Shown here: in pieces, positions 50,756-60,774 of the stretch | Layout: every line of letters starts with the position of its first letter | How positions within the stretch are numbered: position 1 is the stretch's first letter | NCBI GenBank assembly: GCA_963710375.1 | Contig: CAVPZX010000003.1 | Span: 256,001 to 320,000 of the forward strand | Direction: 5' to 3' | Length of the DNA stretch: 64,000 nucleotides | DNA from: Nitrospirota bacterium | GTDB lineage: Bacteria > Nitrospirota > Thermodesulfovibrionia > Thermodesulfovibrionales > Dissulfurispiraceae | Notes under the pieces: generated by a model | The model's input: the letters and a program-made list of their open reading frames with translations, nothing else | What the model was told of the DNA's origin: nothing | The model's database searches: none | Made by a program: the position numbers and the translations under genes

Positions 50756-51333
50756 TAATGGGCTACCTGATGAAGAGCGTCAATCTGCTTAATATTCTAC
50801 TGGCGGCAGCCGCAGTTGCTGCGGCGCACTATATTGTTTCCCCCGCTATCAATAAGGAGAAAAATTTTTTTCCTCCTGCGGTGAAGACGGCTCCGGTACC
50901 GGCAGCGGCCGAGGAACAGAAACAAAAGGCCGGGAAAGAACCTGCCGCGCCTCCAACCGACTTCATGCTGATCGCGGACCAGAATCTCTTTCATCCCGAG
51001 AGGAAGATCCCTGTTGACAAACCACAGTCTGCGCAGCCTCCGCCAAAGCCGGAACTGGTATTGTTCGGTACATTAATAACCGGTAACACGCGCGTAGCCT
51101 ATGTTGATGACATAAAGTCACCGCTGACCACGCCCGGAAGGGGCAAGCGGATGAGGGTGCTTAAAATAGGAGATATGGTGGGGGATTTTACGCTCAAAGT
51201 GATCGATCCTGATAAGATTATTTTAGTGAGAGGAAGTGAAGTCATGACGGTCGATCTCTCAGATCTTAAAGGGAAGAGACAGAATACGGTGGGAGCGCCT
51301 AACCCTCATGTAAATCCCAATGTACGGCGATAA
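50752..51333 (+). CDS. T2SS-1 accessory bitopic protein (GspC HR / PilP-like, no PDZ)
   Basis: TM, Pro-rich linker, NLFHPER, L.L.GT.I, GD.VG.F.L..I. Confidence 0.6.
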   Translation: MIMGYLMKSVNLLNILLAAAAVAAAHYIVSPAINKEKNFFPPAVKTAPVPAAAEEQKQKAGKEPAAPPTDFMLIADQNLFHPERKIPVDKPQSAQPPPKPELVLFGTLITGNTRVAYVDDIKSPLTTPGRGKRMRVLKIGDMVGDFTLKVIDPDKIILVRGSEVMTVDLSDLKGKRQNTVGAPNPHVNPNVRR

Positions 51334-51344
51334 CAGCTTGACCC

Positions 51345-53069
51345 TTACTTGGAAGGCTCTTTGTTGACGGAGTCACCAGGCTGTTTGATGAACTCATTCA
51401 GCTTCATATCTTTAGTGTCGCCTTTAAGCCTGTCAAGATAATCCGTTGTTACCTTACCCGCTTCCTGCTGATTCTTGATCACATGCGGCGTAAGCAAGAC
51501 AATTATTTCCGTTTTTGTCCTTGTGATATTCCTGGATCCAAAGAGGTATCCCAGTATAGGAATATCCATGAGATACGGTATGCCTGATACGTTTGTTTCC
51601 TTGTTATCCTGTATGAGGCCCCCGATTACAATGGTCTGGCCGTCATTTACCACAACGTTTGTTTGCGCAGCACGCTTTGTAAAGACAAACTGTTGAGTAC
51701 CCAACACAGTTTGTGTATTGGCCTCCGTCACCTCTTGCGACACCTCCAGGCCGACAATTCCGCTCTCATTGATCTGGGGCTTTACTTTCAGTATTGTGCC
51801 GACGTCCTGATACTGGATTGTCAACAGGACGCTGCCGCTCGTGGTACTTGCAGTTACATTCGTCATCTGCGAGGTGGCGATTGGCACCTGACTGCCTATC
51901 TGTATCTTTGCCTCAAGGTTATCAGCCGCAATGATATGTGGAGAGGCCAGTATGGTGACCAGATCATTCGAAGCCATGGTATTAAGCAGCGCCTTCACAT
52001 TGCCTGCAACATCGGTGGCCGCATATGAGAAGCCTGGATATCCCGCCGACAATGGAGTGGCATTCAGCAAATTTGAGTTTTGTCCTATCTGCCCATTAAC
52101 ATCAATAGGTCTTGAAAAAGGCTTGGTTTTGATACTTGTAGTGTTTGACAAGACCCATTCCAGGCCGAATTGAAAATCCTTTGTGAGGGTCACTTCAGCT
52201 ATAAGCACTTCTATCATGACCTGACGAGGGGGTGTGTCGAGTTTTTTTATAGTTTCTTCAATAAACTTATAATCATCCGGCGTAGCCAGAACGACCAGCG
52301 AATTGGTGATCTCATCAGCGTATACTTTGGTCTCTTTAGATACTAAACCATCGGTCCCTGCTGTAAAACCGGCACTCCCGCCTGTTGCAGGCGCTGTCGT
52401 CGAAGCCGGCTGTGGATGCCCGGCAGCGCCAGGGCCCGCAGGCGCCTCGGGTATAAACCTGCCTGGCGCTGCTGGTCCGGCAGCGCCGGAGAATATTGAC
52501 TGCAGGAGTGATGCGATATGTTTCGCCTTCGTGTTTTGCAGAGGATACACAAAAACTTGAGGTGTCGTGCCCGGTATTTCGTTAATGGGAGCAATCCTGT
52601 AAAGTCCTTTATCCTCGACGAAACCGGCGCCGTTCATTTTCAGCAGTACCCCTATAAGCGGAAGCACTTCGTCCCTCGTGACCGGAGTGACTGTTCTGAA
52701 ATTGACCCTCCCTCTAACCTTCGGGTCGATCATGTAGTTCACTTTAAGTATGTCACCAAAAACGGTTTGTATAACATCGAATATATCGGCGTCATCAAAA
52801 TTGAAACTTACGTCAGCTTTTTTTTCAGCTCCCGGCCGCCCGGCAGAAGGTGCGACAGGAGCCACTCTAGGGGGCGGCAGCTGCTCGCGCGATTGAGGTT
52901 GAAAAACGGGTTGGGTCTGGGCTGCAGCTGCAATTTGAGACCCCTGGGTTGTCGTCTCCTCCGCGCGTGAAGGTATCCCCGCTGAGGTAATGGCAACGAC
53001 AGAAAATAAGATACCAATAACTAATTGGATCAAAATTCCGCAACGTCTCTTCAAAAAGGAAACCTCCAC
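51345..53069 (-). CDS. gspD: Secretin GspD (short form), convergent with the T2SS-1 operon
   Basis: FNFDDADI N0 domain, LDTPPRQVMIEV.IAEV, GQTIVIGGLI, GIPYL.DIP.LG.LF. Confidence 0.92.
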   Translation of the reverse strand: MEVSFLKRRCGILIQLVIGILFSVVAITSAGIPSRAEETTTQGSQIAAAAQTQPVFQPQSREQLPPPRVAPVAPSAGRPGAEKKADVSFNFDDADIFDVIQTVFGDILKVNYMIDPKVRGRVNFRTVTPVTRDEVLPLIGVLLKMNGAGFVEDKGLYRIAPINEIPGTTPQVFVYPLQNTKAKHIASLLQSIFSGAAGPAAPGRFIPEAPAGPGAAGHPQPASTTAPATGGSAGFTAGTDGLVSKETKVYADEITNSLVVLATPDDYKFIEETIKKLDTPPRQVMIEVLIAEVTLTKDFQFGLEWVLSNTTSIKTKPFSRPIDVNGQIGQNSNLLNATPLSAGYPGFSYAATDVAGNVKALLNTMASNDLVTILASPHIIAADNLEAKIQIGSQVPIATSQMTNVTASTTSGSVLLTIQYQDVGTILKVKPQINESGIVGLEVSQEVTEANTQTVLGTQQFVFTKRAAQTNVVVNDGQTIVIGGLIQDNKETNVSGIPYLMDIPILGYLFGSRNITRTKTEIIVLLTPHVIKNQQEAGKVTTDYLDRLKGDTKDMKLNEFIKQPGDSVNKEPSK

Positions 53070-53344
53070 TTTATACCTGACTTAAATCGGGGATAAAAAT
53101 GTGCCGCATGCACAGGCAAGTATATCAAAAAAATGCAAAAAAAACATGCTGCGGAAAAGGATCAGTTTATTTTTGCTCTGTATCAATGTGATCTTTTAGT
53201 TCCTGTTGTTCCTCGTAGTCGATAATCATATTAACCGTTGAGGACAAAGCAATTTATAGAAAGGGCTTGACAATGACTTATCTTTTTTTCTATATTCTTT
53301 TTCTACCTGGGGTCCAGTGTCACGGCAAGGGGTATTCTACCGCA

Positions 53345-54253
53345 ATGAAAATAAGACTACATAACCTGTTTCCCGGTCCCGGGCTGCCTAAGGCGCTCAC
53401 GTCCAATTATCCAGGATTACTGACTGTCACTAACTGGCTTATGGGGTTTCTGCTGATATTTGTCGCCCTTATGCTTGTCAGGGACATTGTGGCCCTGTCA
53501 TTCAGAAAGGTGCAGGCGCCTGCGCGGGTCACTTCATATGCGGTCAGGGCCCCGAGGAAAAGCCTTCAGGAATATGCTTCTATTGTGAGGAACAATCCCT
53601 TTGGCGCACAGGGAGGAGAGCTGAAACAGCTTTCTGCTTCGGACGGAGAGTCTGCAGGATCCTACCTGTCCGGGCTCACCCTTGTGGGGACTGTTTCAGG
53701 TCCGCAGAAATATGGCTATGCAATTTTTGTGGACAAGAATAACAATCAGGAAGTATTTAAAATCGGAGATACCGTTCATGCCATGGGGATACTTCAGAGA
53801 GTTGAAAAGGACAAGGTTGTTCTTTTCGCTGTAGGCAGGGCGGTTGAGGTACCGATCATCGATGCTGTTTCCCAGGTTGACAGCGGCGCACCTCAGGGCG
53901 GACCTGCAACCCCTTTTGCCATGAACACCGGTGAAGGCAGCTATATTGTTGACCAGAGAAAGGTCAGGCAGGCGCTGGAACGGCCCGCGCAGATGATGAC
54001 GGATGCCCGGCTTCTGCCGAATGTGGTTAACGGCAAGCAGCAGGGTTTTTCAATAAGTGAAATTAAACCGAACGGCATCTATCAGAGCCTAGGACTCCAG
54101 AACGGCGATGTGCTTTTGCGCATTAATGATTTTAATATTTCGAGTACTGAGAACGCTCTGCAGGCGTTCATGGCATTAAAGGGTATGGACAAGGTGAATC
54201 TCGATATTATCAGGGGCGGAAACAAGATGACCATGAACTATATGATCAGATGA
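53345..54253 (+). CDS. gspC: T2SS-2 GspC with PDZ domain
   Basis: TM, NPFG, LTLVGTV HR domain, GLQNGDVL..IN PDZ. Confidence 0.88.
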   Translation: MKIRLHNLFPGPGLPKALTSNYPGLLTVTNWLMGFLLIFVALMLVRDIVALSFRKVQAPARVTSYAVRAPRKSLQEYASIVRNNPFGAQGGELKQLSASDGESAGSYLSGLTLVGTVSGPQKYGYAIFVDKNNNQEVFKIGDTVHAMGILQRVEKDKVVLFAVGRAVEVPIIDAVSQVDSGAPQGGPATPFAMNTGEGSYIVDQRKVRQALERPAQMMTDARLLPNVVNGKQQGFSISEIKPNGIYQSLGLQNGDVLLRINDFNISSTENALQAFMALKGMDKVNLDIIRGGNKMTMNYMIR

Positions 54254-54786
54254 CGCGAAACAACTTTTTATTGACTTTGGCATTGTTCATAAGCATCTCG
54301 TTTGCCTTTGTCCTGCCTGCCGGGGCTTCCGACAGCGGTTATGAGCTCGCGGCCGGGGCAGGAAAGGGCTTGAACGATCTCAAATCGACTGAGGGAATAA
54401 TCCTTGGGGCCTGGATAACGAGGCTTTCCCCCCTGTTTGAACTGAGGATAGAGCCGAATGTGGAATACATAGCTGCAAGATCCGACCAATCGATGGTGTT
54501 TTACGGTGTGGGCCCTGTTGTAAGGTTTGGCTCTTATGGACAGAGCATCAATCCCTTTTTGGATGCCGGATGTGGAGTGAGCATTGGTTCAAAATCGCAG
54601 ATTTTCGACAGGAATTTTGGAAGAGACTTTTTCTTCAGTCCTACTGCCGGCGCCGGCATCAAGTTCGGCAAGTCGGAAAGCGGAGTCAGCCTTTTTGCAC
54701 GGTGGGTGCATCACTCCAACGCCGGGTTGTTTCCTCCCAATGAGGGATTAGACTCGCTGTATCTGCTCCTGGGCTATAGATTTTAG
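54250..54786 (+). CDS. PagL-like (lipid A 3-O-deacylase family) outer-membrane beta-barrel
   Basis: Signal peptide, PFLDAGCG, HHSNAG...PNEG.D motif, terminal YRF. Confidence 0.75.
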   Translation: MTRNNFLLTLALFISISFAFVLPAGASDSGYELAAGAGKGLNDLKSTEGIILGAWITRLSPLFELRIEPNVEYIAARSDQSMVFYGVGPVVRFGSYGQSINPFLDAGCGVSIGSKSQIFDRNFGRDFFFSPTAGAGIKFGKSESGVSLFARWVHHSNAGLFPPNEGLDSLYLLLGYRF

Positions 54787-54958
54787 GTAGTGGGCCAGTT
54801 TGCTTTTTACTCTGTATCAATTAGCCGTTCAATTCAATCACTGGCCTGTATCGAGCATTATCTGTGGTCGCCACTTCTATAATATGTGGGCTCGGCGTTA
54901 CTCGCCCACTATTGATAACCCAGGTGATTCAGAGCAAAAAGCAAACTGGCCCACTACC
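54786..54958. mobile_element. MITE-like element, family D
   Basis: 29-bp TIR ggtagtgggccagtttgcttttt(a/g)ctctg with 1 mismatch, starting at the upstream TAG stop; a partial similar end at ~53163-53187. Confidence 0.8.
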
Positions 54959-55085
54959 AGATTTTAGATGAAATTGCTTTTTAGATGGGATAATAAATAT
55001 AATTATGGCGCTATGGCTTTTGTTTGTCCAGGGAGTCCACTGATAACAGTTACTGCTGTCAATACTATGCAGAAGGTCAACTAAA

Positions 55086-57269
55086 ATGAAAAAAATGAAG
55101 TCTTTGTTGTCTATTGTCACTATACAGCTGATATTTATTCTTTTTATTTCAGGGCTTTCGTTTGCTGCTCCTGTAAAGGACCAGAACCGGGAACAAAAGG
55201 TCGCTTTTAATTTTGTCGATGTCGACCTCGGCGCATTAACAAAGTTTATCAGTGAAATTACAAAGAAAAATTTTATATTCGACGACAGGGTGAAGGGTAA
55301 GATAACGATAGTCACCCCGGCTAAACTCAATATAGATGATGCGTTTAATTTGTTTGTATCAGTTCTTGAGCTCAAAGGTTTTACAGTTGTGCCTGCCGGT
55401 GTGGACGCGTATAAAATTATTCCTTCAGTTGAGGCAAAACAGAAGGGAATCAGGGTGATGGTTGACAGACAGCCGGTCAATGACAGTTATATTGTACGTC
55501 TTATCAAACTTAAGAATATCCCGCCGGACGATGCTTTGAAGCTACTGTCGCCTGTTGTTTCAAAGGATGGTTATATGTCCGCTTTCGGACCCGGAAACAT
55601 GCTGCTGGTTATCGATTCGGGATCGAACGTAGAAAAGATTCTCTCGATTATCGATACCGTAGACCAACCGAATATGCTTGAAGAGCCCGATATGGTTTTT
55701 CTGAAACACGCGAGCGCAGATGCGGTGGCTCGTATTATTACTGAAGGCATAAGCCGAGCCGCCAGACCGCAGCCCGGCGCAGTTGCCGGCGAGGCGAAGG
55801 CAATAGCTGATCCGAGGCTTAATGCCGTTGTCCTATTTGGTGACAGGGGGACGCGGGAATCGATGAAGTCGCTCATTAGGCTCCTCGACGTGCCGTCCCC
55901 GGAAGCGCAGGGGAGAATAAATGTCTATTTTCTCGAAAATGCGGATGCGGTCGAACTGGCTAAAGTCCTTCAGGACATGCTCAAGGGAGCGCAGGTAACT
56001 CGCCAGGCGCCGGCCGGAGCGCAAGGCGCCCCGGTTGTTCCTTTCGAGGCGGGCGGGGGCATCACCATTACTGCTGACAAAGCCACGAATTCCCTTGTTA
56101 TCGTCGCTTCATATGCTGATTATCAGAACCTGGTTTCTACAATAAAGAAGCTCGACCGCAGGAGGAGACAGGTTTTTGTAGAGGCCATGATCGCGGAGGT
56201 GTCCCTTAACGGACTGCTTCAGCTCGGCACAAACTTCCGCCTCGCTGCACAACAAAACGGGAATCCGGTCTTTATAGGCGGCGTAGGTCAAGTTAGCCAG
56301 ACGACACTCCAGAACATAGTAACCGGGCTGACAGGGCTAACCCTTGGTGGATTGGGCAATTACTATACTATTCCGCAAAGTTTTATTCCCGGGGCAACAG
56401 CTGCTCAGCAGGTGCCGGGCATTGCGGCAATCTTTCAGCTAAGCGATTTCAAGGATGTGGTAAATGTCATTTCTACCCCGCAGATACTTACCTCGGACAA
56501 CAAGGCGGCTGAAATACTCGTTGGCGAGAATGTCCCGTTCATAGCATCCAGAGAACAAAGTATAGCGACCAGCGGTACGGTAATTAATGACATACAGAGA
56601 CAGGATGTTGGAGTAAAGCTCCAGATAACCCCGCAAATTACTGAGGGAGATTACGTCAAGCTCGATATTTATCAGGAAATATCATCAATCGAGCAGGCGA
56701 GTGATACTATTCTGACAAGCGTAGGGCCGACCATTGACAAGCGCTCGACAAAGACCTCTGTTGTTGTCAAAGACGGCGACACTGTGGTCATCGGGGGGTT
56801 GATGCAGGATTCCACGGAGAATTCGATAACAAAGGCCCCCTGGTTTGGAGACATTCCACTTTTGGGCTGGCTTTTCAAAACAAAAAGCGTTACCAAGACA
56901 AAGACGGACTTGCTGGTCTTCATCACCCCTCATCTGCTCAAGAAAGAGGATAGTTTGGCGCAGATAACGAAAGACAAGCGGAATGAATTAATGCTGGGAG
57001 AACAAGAGTTAGGAGAACAAGAAAGCGGCACCAGAGTCACCGGTGAAATCTTTGTGAAGTTTAAGGATGGCGTAACTGCTGAAAAGGCCCTTATGCTGCT
57101 TTCCGAAAAAGGTATGATGGTGACGGGCTATTCAGGGAGCACAAATGTTTACAAGATAAAGATAAAAGAAGGGATGCCTGTAAATGATGCTGTTAAAGAA
57201 CTTTCCGGAATGCCTGATGTAATGAACGCCGCGCCTGACAACGGGGACAACCGGAAACTTCAGAAATGA
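55086..57269 (+). CDS. gspD: T2SS-2 secretin GspD with an extra C-terminal domain
   Basis: FNFVDVDL N0, three N-domains, LDRRRRQVFVEA.I.EV, VVIGGLM, DIPLLGWLFK. Confidence 0.95.
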   Translation: MKKMKSLLSIVTIQLIFILFISGLSFAAPVKDQNREQKVAFNFVDVDLGALTKFISEITKKNFIFDDRVKGKITIVTPAKLNIDDAFNLFVSVLELKGFTVVPAGVDAYKIIPSVEAKQKGIRVMVDRQPVNDSYIVRLIKLKNIPPDDALKLLSPVVSKDGYMSAFGPGNMLLVIDSGSNVEKILSIIDTVDQPNMLEEPDMVFLKHASADAVARIITEGISRAARPQPGAVAGEAKAIADPRLNAVVLFGDRGTRESMKSLIRLLDVPSPEAQGRINVYFLENADAVELAKVLQDMLKGAQVTRQAPAGAQGAPVVPFEAGGGITITADKATNSLVIVASYADYQNLVSTIKKLDRRRRQVFVEAMIAEVSLNGLLQLGTNFRLAAQQNGNPVFIGGVGQVSQTTLQNIVTGLTGLTLGGLGNYYTIPQSFIPGATAAQQVPGIAAIFQLSDFKDVVNVISTPQILTSDNKAAEILVGENVPFIASREQSIATSGTVINDIQRQDVGVKLQITPQITEGDYVKLDIYQEISSIEQASDTILTSVGPTIDKRSTKTSVVVKDGDTVVIGGLMQDSTENSITKAPWFGDIPLLGWLFKTKSVTKTKTDLLVFITPHLLKKEDSLAQITKDKRNELMLGEQELGEQESGTRVTGEIFVKFKDGVTAEKALMLLSEKGMMVTGYSGSTNVYKIKIKEGMPVNDAVKELSGMPDVMNAAPDNGDNRKLQK

Positions 57270-58775
57270 AAACGATTGATGTTGTACGGGACGAGGATAT
57301 TGAACTCGCGTTGATAAAGGAAATACCTCTCTCTTTCGCAAAAGGCAACATGGTCATGCCTCTTAGAAGAGAGAAGGGCAGCCTTGTCGGGGCTGTTGCA
57401 GATGAGAGGGGAATTTTTGCTTTATGCGACATTTCCAGGCTGTATAATCTGAAACCGCTGGCCTTGAGTATTTCGCCTTCTGCCCTTAATGATGCAATCA
57501 ATAAATATTACGGCCAGGCAGGTTCAGCCGAAGACGTTATGGACAACATTGCGGGTGATGACCTTTCGGCTGTAGCGACTGAATTTGAAAAACCGAGGGA
57601 CATCCTTGAACTTACCGAAGACGCCCCTATTATCCGGCTTCTGAATGCCATTTTGCAACAGGCGATCAAAGAGCGTGCAAGCGACATCCATATAGAGCCC
57701 TACGAACGGGAGCTGGATGTGCGTATGAGGGTTGACGGAATACTTCATAGAGTACTCGCCCCTCCCAAGATAATACAGGATGCATTGATAAGCAGGGTGA
57801 AAATCATGGCAAATCTCGATATAGCCGAGAAGCGGCTGCCGCAGGATGGTAGGATCAGGCTCATTGTCGGCGGCAGGGATATCGATATAAGGGTATCGAT
57901 TGTTCCGACCACCTACGGCGAGCGGGCAGTGCTGAGGCTTCTTGACAGAAAGCAGGGCGTTATCGGGTTATGGGAGATGGGTCTAGATGCAAACGATGAA
58001 CGTCGCATGGAGACCATGCTCCAGAGGACAAACGGCATTATACTTGTCACGGGACCAACGGGAAGCGGGAAAACTACAACCCTTTATGCAGCGTTGAACA
58101 GGATCCATACAGAGGCAAAGAATATCATTACAGTTGAGGACCCGGTGGAGTATCAGACTGAAAGGGATCGGCCAGATACATGTCAACCCGCGCGTGGGCC
58201 TTACGTTTGCGTCAGGGCTGAGATCAATTTTAAGGCAGGACCCGGATGTTATCATGCTGGGTGAGATTAGAGATTTCGAGACTGCCGAGGTTGCTATCCA
58301 GGCGTCACTCACCGGTCATCTCGTTCTCAGCACGCTTCACACTAATGACGCCCCTTCCGCCATTGCAAGGCTCATCGATATGGGCGTAGAGCCTTTTCTG
58401 GTTGCCTCGTCACTCGCCGGCGTCCTGGCCCAGAGGCTTGTCCGTGTCATCTGTCCTAACTGTAAAGAACCGTATGCGCCTGCAGAAGAAGAGTCGAAAT
58501 ACATTACCGCGCCGGTGCTTTACCGCGGCAGGGGATGTGACAAATGCAATAATAAGGGGTATATCGGGAGGACAGGCATATTCGAACTCCTTGACGTCAA
58601 CAATTCCATACGTCAGATGATTACAGGGAAGACCGATTCCCAAAGCATCAAGAATGTTGCGGTATCGGGAGGCATGAGAACACTGAGGATGGATGGTTTT
58701 GAAAAAGCTGTCAAAGGCGTTACGTCTATCGAGGAGGTCTTGAGGGTGACGCAAAAAGATTACGTAGAAAGCTAA
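57266..58775 (+). CDS. gspE: T2SS-2 ATPase (+1 frameshift at ~58157, probably a sequencing error)
   Basis: [16 protein letters not shown]. Removing A58157 restores EDPVEYQLKGIGQ, followed by LRQDPD and two CxxC. Confidence 0.93.
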
Positions 58776-58804
58776 ACCCGAGAAAGTCTTCACCGCGGAG
58801 ACCG

Positions 58805-58996
58805 GTGATTCAGACAGTGGACAAGGCTCCTGCGCTCAGACGCTGCGTCCTGACAGTTCCAAAGGCTTGTTCGCTACGGTCGCTAAACTCGCCCTGCGGG
58901 CTCAAACATAGCGACTGTTTAATGCTCTCTTCGCCAGGAACTGTGACCAGGACTCCGCGATTCGCTCCTGAGACTTGTCCACTGTCTGAATTGCGG
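58805..58996. mobile_element. MITE-like element with family-C-type termini, nested in a GAGAC/CTCTGTG repeat
   Basis: Termini gtgattcagacagtggacaag / cttgtccactgtctgaattgc; internal hairpins. Confidence 0.75.
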
Positions 58997-59113
58997 CACT
59001 GAGACGCCGAGACACAGGGATTTTTTAAAAATGTTTTAAAATAGAAAAGTCTTATAACTCTGTGCCTCTGTGGTTTAGTTTTTTTATAGCGCACTTAATG
59101 AATGAGGTGAAGG

Positions 59114-60289
59114 TTGCCTATTTTTCGTTATAGAGGATATAAGCCTGATGGGATTCGGGTATCCGGGACCGTCGAGGCGGATGGGCTTAAGGATGCTGTT
59201 TCAGCTGTCAGGAATCTTGACGTTTTTCCCAAAGAGGTCACCGAATACGTCCATGATGAAAAGAGGTTTTTGTTTGGGAAAAAACATGGCGATGCTCTCC
59301 CGACGGTTGCAAGGCAGCTCTCGACACTGTTGGCATCGGGGGTCCCCCTAGTAGAGGCGCTCAAGACGCTTTCCGAGGAAAGCACCGGATACTGGAAAGG
59401 TCTTCTTATCGATGTCAGGGAGAAAGTTTCTGCCGGGGCCAGTCTTTCACGCGCACTGGAAAGTTACACAGGGATTTTTCATGAATCCTTCATTACCATG
59501 GTATCTGCGGGTGAACAAAGCGGAACGCTTGACAGGGTACTGGACAGACTCGCCGGCTTTCTCGAAAAGCAGGCCTCGATAAAGTCGCAAGTAAAGATAG
59601 CGATGATCTATCCTGTAATGATGTTATTTGTTGGATTTGTTGTTATGTCTTTTCTTTTCACTTTTGTGATACCGAAGATCGTGAAGATATTCGAGGACAC
59701 AAAAAGCGCGCTTCCTTTTATTACCGTGGTCCTCATTGCAATAAGCAACTTCTTCGTGCATTACTGGTGGCTTATCGCCTGTCTTACGGCAGCGCTTGCC
59801 GCGGGTATCAGGAAAGTGTACAGGGAGCGTAGGGATTTAATCGATAAGGCAATGCTCAGGCTGCCGGGCAATGTAGTACAAAGCCTCTATTATACCCGCT
59901 TTTCGAGGACCCTAGGTTTTCTGCTCGAAGGAGGGCTGCCTATGCTGAGGGCGCTTGACCTTTCGGCAAAAGCAGTGGGTAACAGTGTTTATGAAAAAAG
60001 AATCAGGGATGCGGTAAAGAGAGTCGCAGAAGGGGCCAGTCTCTCCTCGTCACTGGAAGGGTTCCCTCCGGTATTGCTGCAGTTGATAGCCACCGGAGAG
60101 AAGAGCGGCAGGATAGTTGAGGTTCTGAATAAGGCTGCCGATTCCTATGAGGAGGTGTTCGGAAGGAGCGTCAAAAAGGCCCTTTCGCTGCTGGAGCCGG
60201 TAATGATTTTGGCAATGGGTTTTATTGTGAGCTTTATTGTACTTGCGGTCCTGCTGCCTATGTTCCAGCTTAATCAGATGGTGAAATAG
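59114..60289 (+). CDS. gspF: T2SS-2 platform protein
   Basis: RQLSTLL.SGVPL, AGEQSG.L, AMIYP, GEKSG, LLEP. Confidence 0.95.
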   Translation: MPIFRYRGYKPDGIRVSGTVEADGLKDAVSAVRNLDVFPKEVTEYVHDEKRFLFGKKHGDALPTVARQLSTLLASGVPLVEALKTLSEESTGYWKGLLIDVREKVSAGASLSRALESYTGIFHESFITMVSAGEQSGTLDRVLDRLAGFLEKQASIKSQVKIAMIYPVMMLFVGFVVMSFLFTFVIPKIVKIFEDTKSALPFITVVLIAISNFFVHYWWLIACLTAALAAGIRKVYRERRDLIDKAMLRLPGNVVQSLYYTRFSRTLGFLLEGGLPMLRALDLSAKAVGNSVYEKRIRDAVKRVAEGASLSSSLEGFPPVLLQLIATGEKSGRIVEVLNKAADSYEEVFGRSVKKALSLLEPVMILAMGFIVSFIVLAVLLPMFQLNQMVK

Positions 60290-60312
60290 AAGAAGGTATG
60301 TAAGGAGGAATT

Positions 60313-60774
60313 ATGAAGGATGGAAAAGAAATAATGCGTAAACCGTTTATCTTTAACTCGGGCTTCACGCTTCTTGAGATCATCGTCGTGGTATTCATTC
60401 TGAGCCTGCTAGTTGCGATTGTCGCACCGAAGATTATGGGGAAAACTGATGACGCAAAGATAGCCCAGGCCAAGGTGCAGATAAGAAATTTTGAGACCGC
60501 CCTCAAAATGTACAAACTCGATAACGGATCTTATCCGACAACCGAGCAGGGACTCGATGCGCTGATTAATAAGCCTGTGACAGGACAGATACCAACTGCG
60601 TACAGGGATGGCGGTTATCTTGAAGAGCACAAAATCCCGATGGATCCCTGGGGCAACCCTTACGTTTACCTCTCGCCCGGCGCACATGGTGATTTTGACA
60701 TTATCAGCTTTGGCGCCGATGGGAAAGAAGGCGGCGAAGGGAAGAATGCGGACATCGCAAATTACAATATGTGA
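60313..60774 (+). CDS. gspG: T2SS-2 major pseudopilin
   Basis: G|FTLLEIIVV, YKLDNG.YPTTEQGL.AL, DPWGNPY. Confidence 0.96.
   Translation: MKDGKEIMRKPFIFNSGFTLLEIIVVVFILSLLVAIVAPKIMGKTDDAKIAQAKVQIRNFETALKMYKLDNGSYPTTEQGLDALINKPVTGQIPTAYRDGGYLEEHKIPMDPWGNPYVYLSPGAHGDFDIISFGADGKEGGEGKNADIANYNM

Noticed and set aside
1443..58775. topA, ychF, prmA, gspL-1 and gspE-2 as true pseudogenes or programmed frameshifts
   Set aside because: Each has a single 1-bp indel with otherwise intact conserved sequence, topA is normally essential, and the indels share sequence contexts; sequencing error is more parsimonious
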